Source: an uncultured Nitratifractor sp. (GTDB lineage: Bacteria > Campylobacterota > Campylobacteria > Campylobacterales > Sulfurovaceae). From it: a DNA stretch of 64,000 bases. The stretch spans positions 787 to 64,786 of the forward strand of contig CAJXJF010000001.1 of assembly GCA_913054475.1 (NCBI GenBank). The letters run 5' to 3'. Both the position numbers and the translations under genes were made by a program. Under the pieces are notes generated by a model. It was not told the origin of the DNA. It did not search any database and saw only the letters and a list, made by a program, of their open reading frames with translations. Position 1 is the first letter of the stretch. Each line of letters starts with the position of its first letter. This document shows, piece by piece, positions 53,741 through 63,172 of this stretch.

Positions 53741-56161
53741 TTAGCGTAGAAGAGCTTCCTCGAGAAGCTCTTCTATCCTCTCTACTGGTACGATTCGTAT
53801 ATGCTTTTTGACCTCTTGTGGAATATCCTCGAGGTCCCTTTCGTAGTTTTTGAGGGGGATGAGAGCCTTTTTGACACCCGCCTTGTATGCGGCTATGAGC
53901 TTCTCCTTCAGTCCTCCTATAGGTAGAATTTTGCCCGTGAGGGTAAGCTCTCCCGTCATAGCCACCTTGTTGTCAACCTTCCTTTCAGAATAGATGGAGG
54001 CTATGGCTGTAGCCATCGTAATTCCGGCACTCGGGCCATCTTTGGGTGTGGCTCCCTCCGGTACATGTATATGCAGGTCGAAGCGTTTGTATATCTCGCT
54101 GGCAGCTGGTGTTATATTTTCTTCACGCTCTTTGGGTGAACGGGGAATCAGTTTTTTGGGTATCTCGATATCCCCCCTGTCTATCAGAATCTTCACCACA
54201 CTGTGGGCGATACGGGCAGACTCTTTCATGACATCTCCGAGACTGCCAGTGAGCTGAATCATACCTTTACCCTTGATCTTGATAGCCTCTATCGTCAATA
54301 CATCCCCGCCGACTGCAGTCCATGCCAAGCCGTTGACGATACCGACCTGCGGCTCTTCGTTTATCACGGAGAACTCGAAGACCTTCTTCTGTGCGAAGTC
54401 GGAAAGATTTTTTGCCGTTATCCTCATATGGTCGAGCTCGTGATTCTCCAGAATCATTCTGGCTCTCTTTCTCATGAGCGTGGCTATTTTTCGTCTCAGG
54501 TTTCTTACTCCGGGTTCTCTCGTATATTCGTCTATCAGCAGTCTCAGAGCCTTGTTGGATATGCTGAATTCATCCTTTCTGAGTGCATGTTTTTTCAGCT
54601 CCTGCGGGATGAGATATCTCTTGGCTATCTCGAATTTTTCCTCCGGAGTGTAGCTGTTTACCACGATTATCTCCATCCTGTCGCGCAGAGGCGCCGGTAT
54701 ATGCGATATGGAGTTTGCAGTCGCAATGAATACTGCTCTGCTGAGGTCTATATGGAAATTGAGATAGTAGTCTCTATAGTGGGTGTTCTGCTCCGGGTCG
54801 AGTATCTCCAGCAGTGCAGCCGTAGGGTCGCCTCTGTGGTTTCTGCCCACTTTGTCTATCTCGTCGAGTACGATTACGGGGTCCATGCTTTTGGCCTCTA
54901 TGAGTCCCTGTACGACTCTTCCTGGCATGGCTCCGACATAGGTGCGTCTGTGGCCTCTGAGCTCGTTTACATCTTCCAGCCCTCCGAGGGCTATTCTGAC
55001 GAGCGGACGCTCCAGAGCCTTGGCTATAGAGTTGGCCAGAGATGTCTTCCCCACCCCCGGAGGTCCTGCGAAGCAGAGTATGACTCCTTTGCTCTCTTCA
55101 TCCTTTTTGCCTCTGAGCTGGGCGAGCTCCTTTACCGAAAAGTACTCCACTATGCGCTCTTTGGGCTTTTCGAGTGAATAGTGGTCTTTCTCGAGCTCCT
55201 GTGCCACCTTGCCCACATCGAGATTACCTTTCGAATATTTGCCGAAGGGCATATCGAAAACCCACTCCAGATATCCCTGCAAAACCGTAGCATCGGCACT
55301 CTCTGGATGTATTCGGGCGAGTCTGTCGAGCTGTTTTTTGATCTCCTTTTTTGCATCCTCTTCCAGATAGGGCTCGAGTTTTTCGAGTTTTTCTCTAAAG
55401 GTGGCTATCTCCTCTTCTCTTTGCGTATCGATACCGAGTTCTCTTTGTATCTCTTTGAGCTGCTCTTTGAGGAAGTACTCTTTGTTGCTCTGCTCTATGC
55501 GATTGTGGACCTTGTTGCTGATCTCTCTTTGTACCTTCAGTGCCTCCGTTTCGGCGACGATGATATCGATGAGGCCAAAAAGCCTCTCTTCGATATTGTT
55601 CATAGTGAAGAGCTCGTAAGCCTTCTCCTTTTTCAGGGGGAGCATGGAAGAGACTAGGTCGGCTATTCTGTGAGGTTCGTCGTTCTCCTCTATGGTCTTT
55701 ACTAGGTCGTTTGGGATGGAGCTGTTGAGCTGGGAGAGCTGTTTTATCTTCTCTCTGAGCATTCCCATGAGTGCATCGACCTTCAGGCGGTTGTAGCTGT
55801 CGTTTTCGACTATATCTATTTTCGCCCTGAGAGGATTCTCCTGCAATTGCTCCACTATTCTGCCCCGTGCCATTCCCTGGAAGAGAATCTTGACTCTTCC
55901 ATCGGGCATCTGTATCCTGCGCATGATACTTCCCACCACACCGATGGGATATATGGCTTCACCGCTCCTCTCTCCCTCTCTACCTGCTTTACTCGTTGCG
56001 ATGAAGAGTAGAGAGTTGTTCTCCTGTGCATATGTGGCTGCCTCTATATCGGCCTGCGAGGTGAGGAATATAGGGCTTATCATAAAAGGGTAGAAGAATA
56101 GTTCGTCTTCTACCACTATCGGAAGTATCGTCGGAAATTTATCGTAATCACTCAACTGCAT
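53741..56161 (-). CDS. lon: ATP-dependent Lon protease
   Basis: LON N-domain, Walker A GPPGVGKTS and the protease Ser block KDGPSAGITMATA. 806 aa. Confidence 0.95.
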   Translation of the reverse strand: MQLSDYDKFPTILPIVVEDELFFYPFMISPIFLTSQADIEAATYAQENNSLLFIATSKAGREGERSGEAIYPIGVVGSIMRRIQMPDGRVKILFQGMARGRIVEQLQENPLRAKIDIVENDSYNRLKVDALMGMLREKIKQLSQLNSSIPNDLVKTIEENDEPHRIADLVSSMLPLKKEKAYELFTMNNIEERLFGLIDIIVAETEALKVQREISNKVHNRIEQSNKEYFLKEQLKEIQRELGIDTQREEEIATFREKLEKLEPYLEEDAKKEIKKQLDRLARIHPESADATVLQGYLEWVFDMPFGKYSKGNLDVGKVAQELEKDHYSLEKPKERIVEYFSVKELAQLRGKKDEESKGVILCFAGPPGVGKTSLANSIAKALERPLVRIALGGLEDVNELRGHRRTYVGAMPGRVVQGLIEAKSMDPVIVLDEIDKVGRNHRGDPTAALLEILDPEQNTHYRDYYLNFHIDLSRAVFIATANSISHIPAPLRDRMEIIVVNSYTPEEKFEIAKRYLIPQELKKHALRKDEFSISNKALRLLIDEYTREPGVRNLRRKIATLMRKRARMILENHELDHMRITAKNLSDFAQKKVFEFSVINEEPQVGIVNGLAWTAVGGDVLTIEAIKIKGKGMIQLTGSLGDVMKESARIAHSVVKILIDRGDIEIPKKLIPRSPKEREENITPAASEIYKRFDLHIHVPEGATPKDGPSAGITMATAIASIYSERKVDNKVAMTGELTLTGKILPIGGLKEKLIAAYKAGVKKALIPLKNYERDLEDIPQEVKKHIRIVPVERIEELLEEALLR

Positions 56162-56278
56162 TCCTGTCCTTTTTCATTATATAAGTTCTCTTCGATCTTG
56201 GTAAAAATTTCTTCTGTTTAATATTCCTCTGAGAATATACAGAAATTATCTATCTTGTGTCGAGTTTTCGACTGCTCA

Positions 56279-56301
56279 CCCCCGCTCTCACGGAGGCGGG
56301 G
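56279..56301 (-). terminator. GC-rich hairpin just downstream of bamD
   Basis: CCCCGC (56280-56285) pairs with GCGGGG (56296-56301). It begins 6 nt after the bamD stop on the minus strand and is not followed by a U-tract. Confidence 0.3.
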
Positions 56302-56306
56302 AATTG

Positions 56307-56966
56307 TCAGAGGGGGTTTATTCGGGAGAGGAGTCCGACATTCGATTTGTCGATATCTCCATCTTTGTAGATGTATGTAGTGTTCTTTTTTATATACATT
56401 TCAGCCGCTTTCGGCTTTCCTACTCTACCATAGAGAGAGGCCACCTCTCTATTTAGTAGATAAAGAGACATCTCGAGTCTGGCAATCATTGTCTGCACGA
56501 GAGGTGCGTACCTACTACCCCTATGAATGGAATAGAATTTTTTAGCCTCACTGAGGGTCGTAACGATTCTCTTTTGATCCTTGTTGATATCGCCTATACT
56601 GAGAAAGGCGGCTTTGAGCTTGAGATATCTTGCATACTCTCCTCTGCTGCCTCCAGGAAATCTGGCGAGATATTCATCGAGGTAGAAGTTACTCAAAAGA
56701 TACTCTTCATTGTTCATATGCGCCAGCGCAAGCATCAACATGGCAGTGGGTAGAAGATTGGTTCCCCTATGCTCACTTCTTAGGGATATATACTGCTTGT
56801 CGGCCTTTTCGAGGTTATTTCCAGCTATAGAATACTGAATGTCGTTGTACCATTCTGCGGCACTCTTGTTGTATCCGACCTTATCCTCATTACTCTTTAC
56901 ACAACCATCCAATGTAAATATAGCCACAAGTACCACCAACAAGAATACTTTTTTCACTCTCACCAT
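56307..56966 (-). CDS. bamD: outer-membrane assembly lipoprotein BamD (YfiO-like, TPR)
   Basis: Lipobox at LVAIFTLDGC when started at the internal ATG 56966. The body is TPR-like helical repeats. The 17 codons upstream in the track ORF are unsupported. Confidence 0.7.
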   Translation of the reverse strand: MVRVKKVFLLVVLVAIFTLDGCVKSNEDKVGYNKSAAEWYNDIQYSIAGNNLEKADKQYISLRSEHRGTNLLPTAMLMLALAHMNNEEYLLSNFYLDEYLARFPGGSRGEYARYLKLKAAFLSIGDINKDQKRIVTTLSEAKKFYSIHRGSRYAPLVQTMIARLEMSLYLLNREVASLYGRVGKPKAAEMYIKKNTTYIYKDGDIDKSNVGLLSRINPL

Positions 56967-57064
56967 CCTTTTGTGTTTTCCTTCCTTAGTATAATACAAA
57001 AATTTTAAAATTACCACCTTGCAGAGCTATTCTCTTGTCGTAGGAGGGCTCTTTTCCCTCGTTT

Positions 57065-57566
57065 GTGGGCATATCTTTTGTTGCGAAGTCGAGCATTTCG
57101 CTCACTTTTGTAGTGTTCTTTTGCCATCCCCTCTTTTTTTCTCTTCGAAAGAAGTGGAATGTTGCAAATTGCAAATGGCTTATAGTCGGCAAAGTTGATA
57201 GAGATGCGACTATTTTGTGGAGACTGACAGAACTGGATATGCCTAAAATCGTATTCGAGGTGATGTGAGATGAGATAGAAGAGAGCCGTTGATGGCTATA
57301 GTGAAAAACCTGGCCAAAGATGGCAGATACTATTGGGTTTTGGCCGAGATAGAGAGCAGGGTGGATTCGGCAACGAGTGAAATAGAGGGGCTGCCCCGCA
57401 GTGTCATAGATCTTTGTAAAAAAGCTGCCATAGATGGAAGAGGTATCGGGAGGCGAACTATCTCGAAGAGATGAATATGACATACGAGCAGTTCATGAAT
57501 TCGATGATAGAGAACAAGGGAGCCTTCAAAAGGTTCTTCGGCAGGATGAAAAAGATTTTCGCATAA
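57065..57566 (+). pseudogene. decayed Aer/CetB-like PAS-domain gene
   Basis: PAS blocks are spread over three frames: LIVGKVDRDATI, then DMPKIVFEVM-TGA-DEIEE, then (frameshift) IVKNLAKDGRYYWVLAEIE, then (frameshift) YREANYLEEMNMTYEQF...KKIFA-stop. About 30 aa are missing between the first two blocks. Confidence 0.6.
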
Positions 57567-57777
57567 GGCGAAGGGTATCGACCTTTTTTGTCTCGATTCG
57601 TGGGAGTGTGTAGAATCTGCATATATCCAGACAAGAAGAGTGCCTGCTTCCTTTTCATAAAGACGGGATGAGCTCTCTTCCTCTTTCAGAGGGGTTCAAA
57701 TCGTGTAGTTTCTAAACACTGACAAAAATAAAGTTTCGAAAAAATCCTTTTTAAACCCGAAGAGGAGGAATTGTTCC

Positions 57778-57783
57778 TATAAT
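57778..57783 (+). promoter_or_regulatory. candidate -10 box (TATAAT) for sucCD
   Basis: TATAAT lies 30 nt upstream of the GTG start at 57814, with AAGGAG in between. Confidence 0.3.
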
Positions 57784-57813
57784 AATGGGACTTCATCAAA
57801 AAAGGAGAATATC

Positions 57814-58983
57814 GTGAATATTCATGAGTATCAGGCCAAGCAGATATTCCAGAAATATGGTGTACCTACGCCCAGAGGGCGCGTAGCGTTCAGTGTGAAC
57901 GAGGCTGTCGAAGCCGCCAGAGAGCTGGGTGGTGACCTGTGGGTGGTCAAGGCTCAGATACACGCGGGCGGGCGTGGACTCGGAGGAGGAGTCAAGCTTG
58001 CAAAGAGTCTGGAAGAGGTGGAGGAGCATGCCAAGAATATACTTGGCATGACGCTCGTGACACATCAGACCGGTCCAGAGGGGAAACTGGTTCAGAAGGT
58101 ATATATAGAAGAGGGTGCCGATATCAAATCTGAATTCTATCTCGGTATGTTGCTCGATCGTGCCGCGGAGATGCCTGTAATGATGGCCTCTACCGAGGGT
58201 GGAATGGAGATCGAGAAGGTCGCCGAAGAGACTCCCGAGAAGATTGTCAAGGTGAATATAGATCCCGCGATCGGTTTTCAGGGATATCACGGGAGGGAGC
58301 TCGCTTTCGGTCTCGGACTGCCGAAAGAGGAGGTCGGTACTTTCATAAAGTTCGCCAAAGCCCTCTATGATGTATATATGGATAACGATGCCGAGTTGAT
58401 AGAGATCAACCCTCTCATCAAGACGGGCGACGGCAAATTCTTGGCTCTGGATGCCAAAATGGGATTTGACGACAATGCTCTGGGAAGACATCAGGATATC
58501 GAAGATATGAGAGACCTCAGCGAAGAGGAGCCCACCGAGGTCGAAGCCAAGAAATATGGACTCAGCTATGTCAAGCTCGATGGAAATGTCGGTTGTATGG
58601 TAAACGGTGCAGGTCTGTCGATGGCCACTATGGATATAATAAAACACGAGGGCGGCGAGCCTGCCAACTTCCTCGATGTGGGTGGCGGAGCCAACCCCGA
58701 GACTGTAGCCAAAGGTTTCGAAATCATTCTCGAAGACCCCAATGTCAAGGCTATCTTCGTAAACATCTTCGGTGGAATTGTCAGATGCGACAGAGTGGCC
58801 AACGGTATCCTCGAAGCCACGAAGATGACCGAAGTCAATGTGCCGGTCGTGGTGAGACTCGACGGAACCAATGCGCAGGAGGCTGCGGAGATTTTGAGAA
58901 ACGCCAATATAGAAAATATCATAACCGCTGAGAATCTGGCCGACGGAGCCAAAAAAGTCGTAGAAGCGGCAAAAGGAGAGTAA
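57814..58983 (+). CDS. sucC: succinyl-CoA synthetase beta subunit
   Basis: [13 protein letters not shown]-terminus and ATP-grasp motifs. 389 aa. The GTG start follows AAGGAG. Confidence 0.95.
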   Translation: MNIHEYQAKQIFQKYGVPTPRGRVAFSVNEAVEAARELGGDLWVVKAQIHAGGRGLGGGVKLAKSLEEVEEHAKNILGMTLVTHQTGPEGKLVQKVYIEEGADIKSEFYLGMLLDRAAEMPVMMASTEGGMEIEKVAEETPEKIVKVNIDPAIGFQGYHGRELAFGLGLPKEEVGTFIKFAKALYDVYMDNDAELIEINPLIKTGDGKFLALDAKMGFDDNALGRHQDIEDMRDLSEEEPTEVEAKKYGLSYVKLDGNVGCMVNGAGLSMATMDIIKHEGGEPANFLDVGGGANPETVAKGFEIILEDPNVKAIFVNIFGGIVRCDRVANGILEATKMTEVNVPVVVRLDGTNAQEAAEILRNANIENIITAENLADGAKKVVEAAKGE

Positions 58984-58985
58984 TT

Positions 58986-59855
58986 ATGAGTATTCTGGTA
59001 AACAAAGATACAAAGATAATCGTTCAGGGATTCACCGGAAAAGAGGGAACCTTTCATGCTTCGCAGTGTCTCGAGTACGGTTCGCAGATAGTCGGTGGAG
59101 TGACTCCCGGCAAGGGTGGACAGGAGCATCTAGGCAAGCCGGTATTCAATACCGTATCCGAGGCAGTCAAGACCACTGGTGCTACAGTGAGTATGATTTT
59201 CGTTCCCCCCGCATTCGTGGCCGATGCCGTAATGGAAGCGGCCGATGCCGGAATAGAGCTCGCGGTAATCATTACAGAGGGAGCACCCGTAAAAGATATG
59301 ATGTATGCCAAGATGTATGCCAGCAAAAAGGGAATGAGTACCATAGGGCCCAACTGCCCAGGTATCATCACAGCCGAAGAGTGCAAAATCGGAATCATGC
59401 CTGGCAATATCTTCAAGAAGGGTAATGTGGGGCTCATCTCCAAATCCGGTACCCTCACCTACGAAGCGTCCCATCAGGTCGTACAGGAGGGCTTTGGTAT
59501 AACTACGGCCGTGGGAATCGGCGGTGACCCCATCATAGGCTTGAGCTACAAGCAGCTCTTGCCCATGTTCGAAGCCGACCCAGAGACTGAGGCTATCGTC
59601 ATGATAGGCGAGATTGGAGGAGATCTGGAGATTCAGGCCGCCGAATTTATCAAAGAGAATATCAGCAAGCCTGTAGTCGCCTTTATCGCCGGCCAGACAG
59701 CACCCAAAGGCAAGAGAATGGGGCATGCTGGTGCGATTATCAGCGGAGGCAGCGGAACTGCGGCCGAAAAGATGGAGGCTCTCGAAAAAGCCGGTGTAAA
59801 AGTCGTAGTCTCTCCTGCGGATATAGGCAAGGCTGTCAAAGAGGTGCTCTCTTGA
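58986..59855 (+). CDS. sucD: succinyl-CoA synthetase alpha subunit
   Basis: [20 protein letters not shown] and the phosphohistidine block [10 protein letters not shown]. Confidence 0.95.
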   Translation: MSILVNKDTKIIVQGFTGKEGTFHASQCLEYGSQIVGGVTPGKGGQEHLGKPVFNTVSEAVKTTGATVSMIFVPPAFVADAVMEAADAGIELAVIITEGAPVKDMMYAKMYASKKGMSTIGPNCPGIITAEECKIGIMPGNIFKKGNVGLISKSGTLTYEASHQVVQEGFGITTAVGIGGDPIIGLSYKQLLPMFEADPETEAIVMIGEIGGDLEIQAAEFIKENISKPVVAFIAGQTAPKGKRMGHAGAIISGGSGTAAEKMEALEKAGVKVVVSPADIGKAVKEVLS

Positions 59856-60116
59856 GATAGAGCGACTCCTTTTGTGGATGGTGAGCCTTGAGGGGCTTGC
59901 CTTCGGCACATTTTCGCTCCCCAAAAACAAAGCTCTTCCACTCTTTCATCTCGCTTATCTTTCCGATAGATGGATACGCCTTGCTTCGAATAGTAACATG
60001 TTTTCTCATCCACGGACTATTTGAGGTAGTTTCATAAATCCATTACTCAATCTAAGATATTCTAATTGCGTAGTGATGAATCATTCACTGTAATCTTGAA
60101 ACAAAAGGGGAAGAGT

Positions 60117-60434
60117 ATGTCATTGAAGAAAGCTCCTGAAAATACGCCGGTCTGGACCGACGAAAGCCGCTGCAAGGCCTGTGACCTGTGTGTCTCTGTC
60201 TGTCCGGCCGGTGTTTTGGCGATGCGCTACGAACCGCATTCGGTACTTGGTTCTATGATTACCGTAATTGCGCCGGAATCCTGCATAGGATGCAAGGAAT
60301 GTGAACTCGCCTGTCCCGATTTCGCCATAAATGTAGCGGACAAGGGAGAGTATAAATTCGCAAAACTCAGTGATGAGGCGAAAGAGCGCGCCAAGCAGAT
60401 CGCCGACAACAACTATATGATGCTCGGCGCATAA
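60117..60434 (+). CDS. oorD: 2-oxoglutarate:acceptor oxidoreductase delta subunit (2x[4Fe-4S] ferredoxin)
   Basis: CKACDLCVSVCP and CIGCKECELACP. ATG 60117 follows GGGGAAGAG. It is the first gene of a D-A-B-C string. Confidence 0.85.
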   Translation: MSLKKAPENTPVWTDESRCKACDLCVSVCPAGVLAMRYEPHSVLGSMITVIAPESCIGCKECELACPDFAINVADKGEYKFAKLSDEAKERAKQIADNNYMMLGA

Positions 60435-60446
60435 CAAGGAGGATAT

Positions 60447-61583
60447 ATGAGTAATACAAGAGAAGTCATTTCCAGCGGAAACGAACTGGCCGCCCTCGCC
60501 GCGGTCGATGCAGGCTGTAGATTCTTCGGAGGTTATCCTATCACGCCTTCGAGTGAAATCATGCATACAATCTCCGACCTTCTGCCCAAAAGAGGTGGAG
60601 TTGCGATTCAGATGGAGGATGAGATAGCCGGTATCTGCTCGGCTATCGGAGCCTCTATGAGCGGCGTAAGAGCACTTACGGCCACTTCTGGTCCAGGAAT
60701 CTCCCTCAAAGCCGAAAACCTCGGACTCGCCCAGATGGCGGAAGTTCCTCTCGTGGTCATCAATGTCATGAGGGGCGGTCCTTCAACTGGACTCCCCACC
60801 CGTGTATCGCAGGGAGATGTCTCTCAAGCGAAGAACCCCAGCCATGGTGACTACAAGTCGATAACACTCTGTGCTGGAAATATCACCGAGTGCTACACCG
60901 AGACCGTAAGAGCCTTCAATCTCGCAGATAGATTCATGCAGCCTGTAATCGTACTTATGGACGAGACGATAGGGCATATGCATGCAAAGGCCGCCATTCC
61001 CACTCAGGAAGAGGTCGAAGCCGGCATTGTTACGAGAAAGACTTTCGACGGGCCTGCAGAAGAGTATAAGCCCTACGGTGTGGCACAGGATGAGCCTGCT
61101 GTACTCAACCCCATGTTCCAGGGCTATAGATATCACTTCACAGGTCTGCATCATGATGAGATGGGATTCCCCACCGAAGAGATAGAGACATGCCGAAAGC
61201 TCATTGATAGACTCTTTAGAAAGGTGGATGAGCATGTGGATGAGCTCGAGAGCAACGAAGAGTATATGCTCGAGGATGCCGATATCCTGCTCATTGGTTA
61301 CGGTTCTGCTTCGCTTGCCATCAAAGAGGCTATCCACAGACTCAGAGAAGAGGGCATAAAAGCCGGTCTCTTCAGACCTATCACCATGTGGCCCAGTCCC
61401 GAAAAGAGAATGTACGAGCTCGGACAGAAGTTCGACAAAGTACTCTCCGTCGAATTGAACCAAGGGCAGTATCTCGAAGAGATTCAGCGGGCTATGGGAC
61501 GCAAAGATATAGAGAAGCTGACCAAAACCAACGGAAGACCCTTCTCGCCTCAGGATATTATAGATAAAGTAAAGGAGCTCTAA
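60447..61583 (+). CDS. oorA: 2-oxoglutarate:acceptor oxidoreductase alpha subunit
   Basis: 2-oxoacid:ferredoxin oxidoreductase alpha-type sequence (GYPITPSSEI, TATSGPGISL). 378 aa. Confidence 0.9.
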   Translation: MSNTREVISSGNELAALAAVDAGCRFFGGYPITPSSEIMHTISDLLPKRGGVAIQMEDEIAGICSAIGASMSGVRALTATSGPGISLKAENLGLAQMAEVPLVVINVMRGGPSTGLPTRVSQGDVSQAKNPSHGDYKSITLCAGNITECYTETVRAFNLADRFMQPVIVLMDETIGHMHAKAAIPTQEEVEAGIVTRKTFDGPAEEYKPYGVAQDEPAVLNPMFQGYRYHFTGLHHDEMGFPTEEIETCRKLIDRLFRKVDEHVDELESNEEYMLEDADILLIGYGSASLAIKEAIHRLREEGIKAGLFRPITMWPSPEKRMYELGQKFDKVLSVELNQGQYLEEIQRAMGRKDIEKLTKTNGRPFSPQDIIDKVKEL

Positions 61584-61584
61584 T

Positions 61585-62442
61585 ATGGCATTCAATTACG
61601 ACGAGTATCTCAGAACGGAAAAGATACCCACACTGTGGTGCTGGGGATGTGGTGACGGTGTTATTCTCAAGACCTTCATCAGAGCCATAGACAAACTCGG
61701 CTGGAAAAAAGATGATGTCTGCGTAGTATCGGGAATCGGATGCTCGGGAAGATTCAGCTCATATGTCGATTTCAATACAGTGCACACGACTCACGGAAGA
61801 ACCGTAGCCTACGCCACCGGTATCAAACTCGCCAATCCCGACAAGCATGTAGTCTGTGTCGCCGGTGATGGTGACGCTCTGGCTATCGGTGGTAACCATA
61901 CCATCCACGGATGTAGAAGAAATATCGATATCACCCTCATAGTGGTTCAAAACTTCATTTACGGTCTGACCAACTCCCAGACCTCTCCGACCACTCCGAG
62001 AGGTTTCTGGACGGTATCTCAGAAGGCTGGTAATATCGATCCCTCTTTCAATGCTTGCAAACTGGCCGAAGCTGCCGGTGCATCTTTTGTGGCGAGAGAG
62101 ACTGTGAACGAGCCGAGAAAACTGGAAAAGGTTCTCATCAAGGCTATGGAGCACAAAGGATTCTCCTTCGTAGAGGTTGTATCCAACTGTCACATCAATA
62201 TGGGTAGAAAGAACAAAATGGCCAACGCTATGGCCACTTTGGATTGGATAGATAGTATCACTCTGCCCAAGAAGAAACATGACGCTCTAAGCGAAGAGGA
62301 GAAGCTGAACTATCTGCCTACCGGAATCCTCAAAGAGGACAATGAAGCTGAAGAGTATTGTGAAATGTACGAAGAGATCAAAAAGGTTCATCAGGGTAAA
62401 AGAGGCAAGATTACCCAAGATGACTTCAAGAAAAAGCTATAA
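61585..62442 (+). CDS. oorB: 2-oxoglutarate:acceptor oxidoreductase beta subunit (TPP-binding)
   Basis: N-terminal WCWGCGDG and the TPP motif CVAGDGDALAIGGNH. Confidence 0.9.
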   Translation: MAFNYDEYLRTEKIPTLWCWGCGDGVILKTFIRAIDKLGWKKDDVCVVSGIGCSGRFSSYVDFNTVHTTHGRTVAYATGIKLANPDKHVVCVAGDGDALAIGGNHTIHGCRRNIDITLIVVQNFIYGLTNSQTSPTTPRGFWTVSQKAGNIDPSFNACKLAEAAGASFVARETVNEPRKLEKVLIKAMEHKGFSFVEVVSNCHINMGRKNKMANAMATLDWIDSITLPKKKHDALSEEEKLNYLPTGILKEDNEAEEYCEMYEEIKKVHQGKRGKITQDDFKKKL

Positions 62443-62452
62443 GGGGTAGTCG

Positions 62453-63007
62453 ATGAGTAGAATTGTAATGAGATTTACCGGTGTCGGCGGGCAGGGTGTT
62501 TTGCTTGCCGGAGAGATTTTCGCAGCTGCCAAGATCAAAACCGGAGGCTATGGAGTAAAGACGGCCACATATACCTCTCAGGTAAGGGGCGGTCCTACCG
62601 TCGTCGATATCCAACTCGACGACAAAGAGATATTCTATCCCTATGCCATAGATGGACAGATCAACTTTATGCTCTCCGTTGCCGACAAGAGTTATCAGCT
62701 CTTCAAGGGTGGAGTGGCCGAAGGCGGAACGATAGTCATCGATCCCAACCTCGTCTATCCCAGCGACGAAGATAGAAAAAAGTGGAATATCGTGGAGATA
62801 CCCATCATTACTATCGCCAAGGAAGAGGTCGGAAATGTCATCACCCAGTCGGTCGTGGCTCTGGCCATAGCCAACGAGTTTACACATGCGATAGACGAAG
62901 ATGTATTGATAGAGACTATGCTCAGCAAAGTTCCTGCCAAGGTTCACGAAGCCAACAAAAAGGCTTATGAGCTCGGCAAGAAATATGCACAGGAAGCTAT
63001 GGAATAG
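62453..63007 (+). CDS. oorC: 2-oxoglutarate:acceptor oxidoreductase gamma subunit
   Basis: RFTGVGGQGVLLAGEI N-terminus typical of gamma subunits. 184 aa. Confidence 0.9.
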   Translation: MSRIVMRFTGVGGQGVLLAGEIFAAAKIKTGGYGVKTATYTSQVRGGPTVVDIQLDDKEIFYPYAIDGQINFMLSVADKSYQLFKGGVAEGGTIVIDPNLVYPSDEDRKKWNIVEIPIITIAKEEVGNVITQSVVALAIANEFTHAIDEDVLIETMLSKVPAKVHEANKKAYELGKKYAQEAME

Positions 63008-63021
63008 ATAGCTTTTGCTTT

Positions 63022-63036
63022 GGGGCGTTTTGCCCC
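63022..63036 (+). terminator. weak hairpin after oorC
   Basis: GGGGC-GTTTT-GCCCC, with a T-run 15 nt further on (63052-63057). The stem is short. Confidence 0.25.
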
Positions 63037-63172
63037 GACCTACACCCCCCTCTTTTTTCGTAAAAGACTCCTCATTCTTTAATATCTGATTCAAGATAAA
63101 AGTACGCACCTCTAAGTGGCGTTTGGATAAAATAATAGCTTTCAGAAGCATTTTGTACGCAAAAGGTTGGAT

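Noticed and set aside
57266-57268. A TGA located exactly at a conserved Trp position of the PAS remnant, which could hint at TGA-to-Trp recoding.
   Set aside because: TGA clearly terminates many well-supported genes in this window, including pit, hypD, trxB, purF, the giant pilus protein and the pilus ATPase. The same remnant also has frameshifts and a deletion, so a TGG-to-TGA point mutation in a pseudogene is the simpler reading.
59856-60116. A possible small gene or RNA in the sucD-oorD spacer, including the minus-strand ORF starting at 60013.
   Set aside because: The minus-strand ORF runs ~220 nt into sucD and has no RBS. No stable hairpins, tRNA-like or riboswitch-like structure could be recognised by eye.
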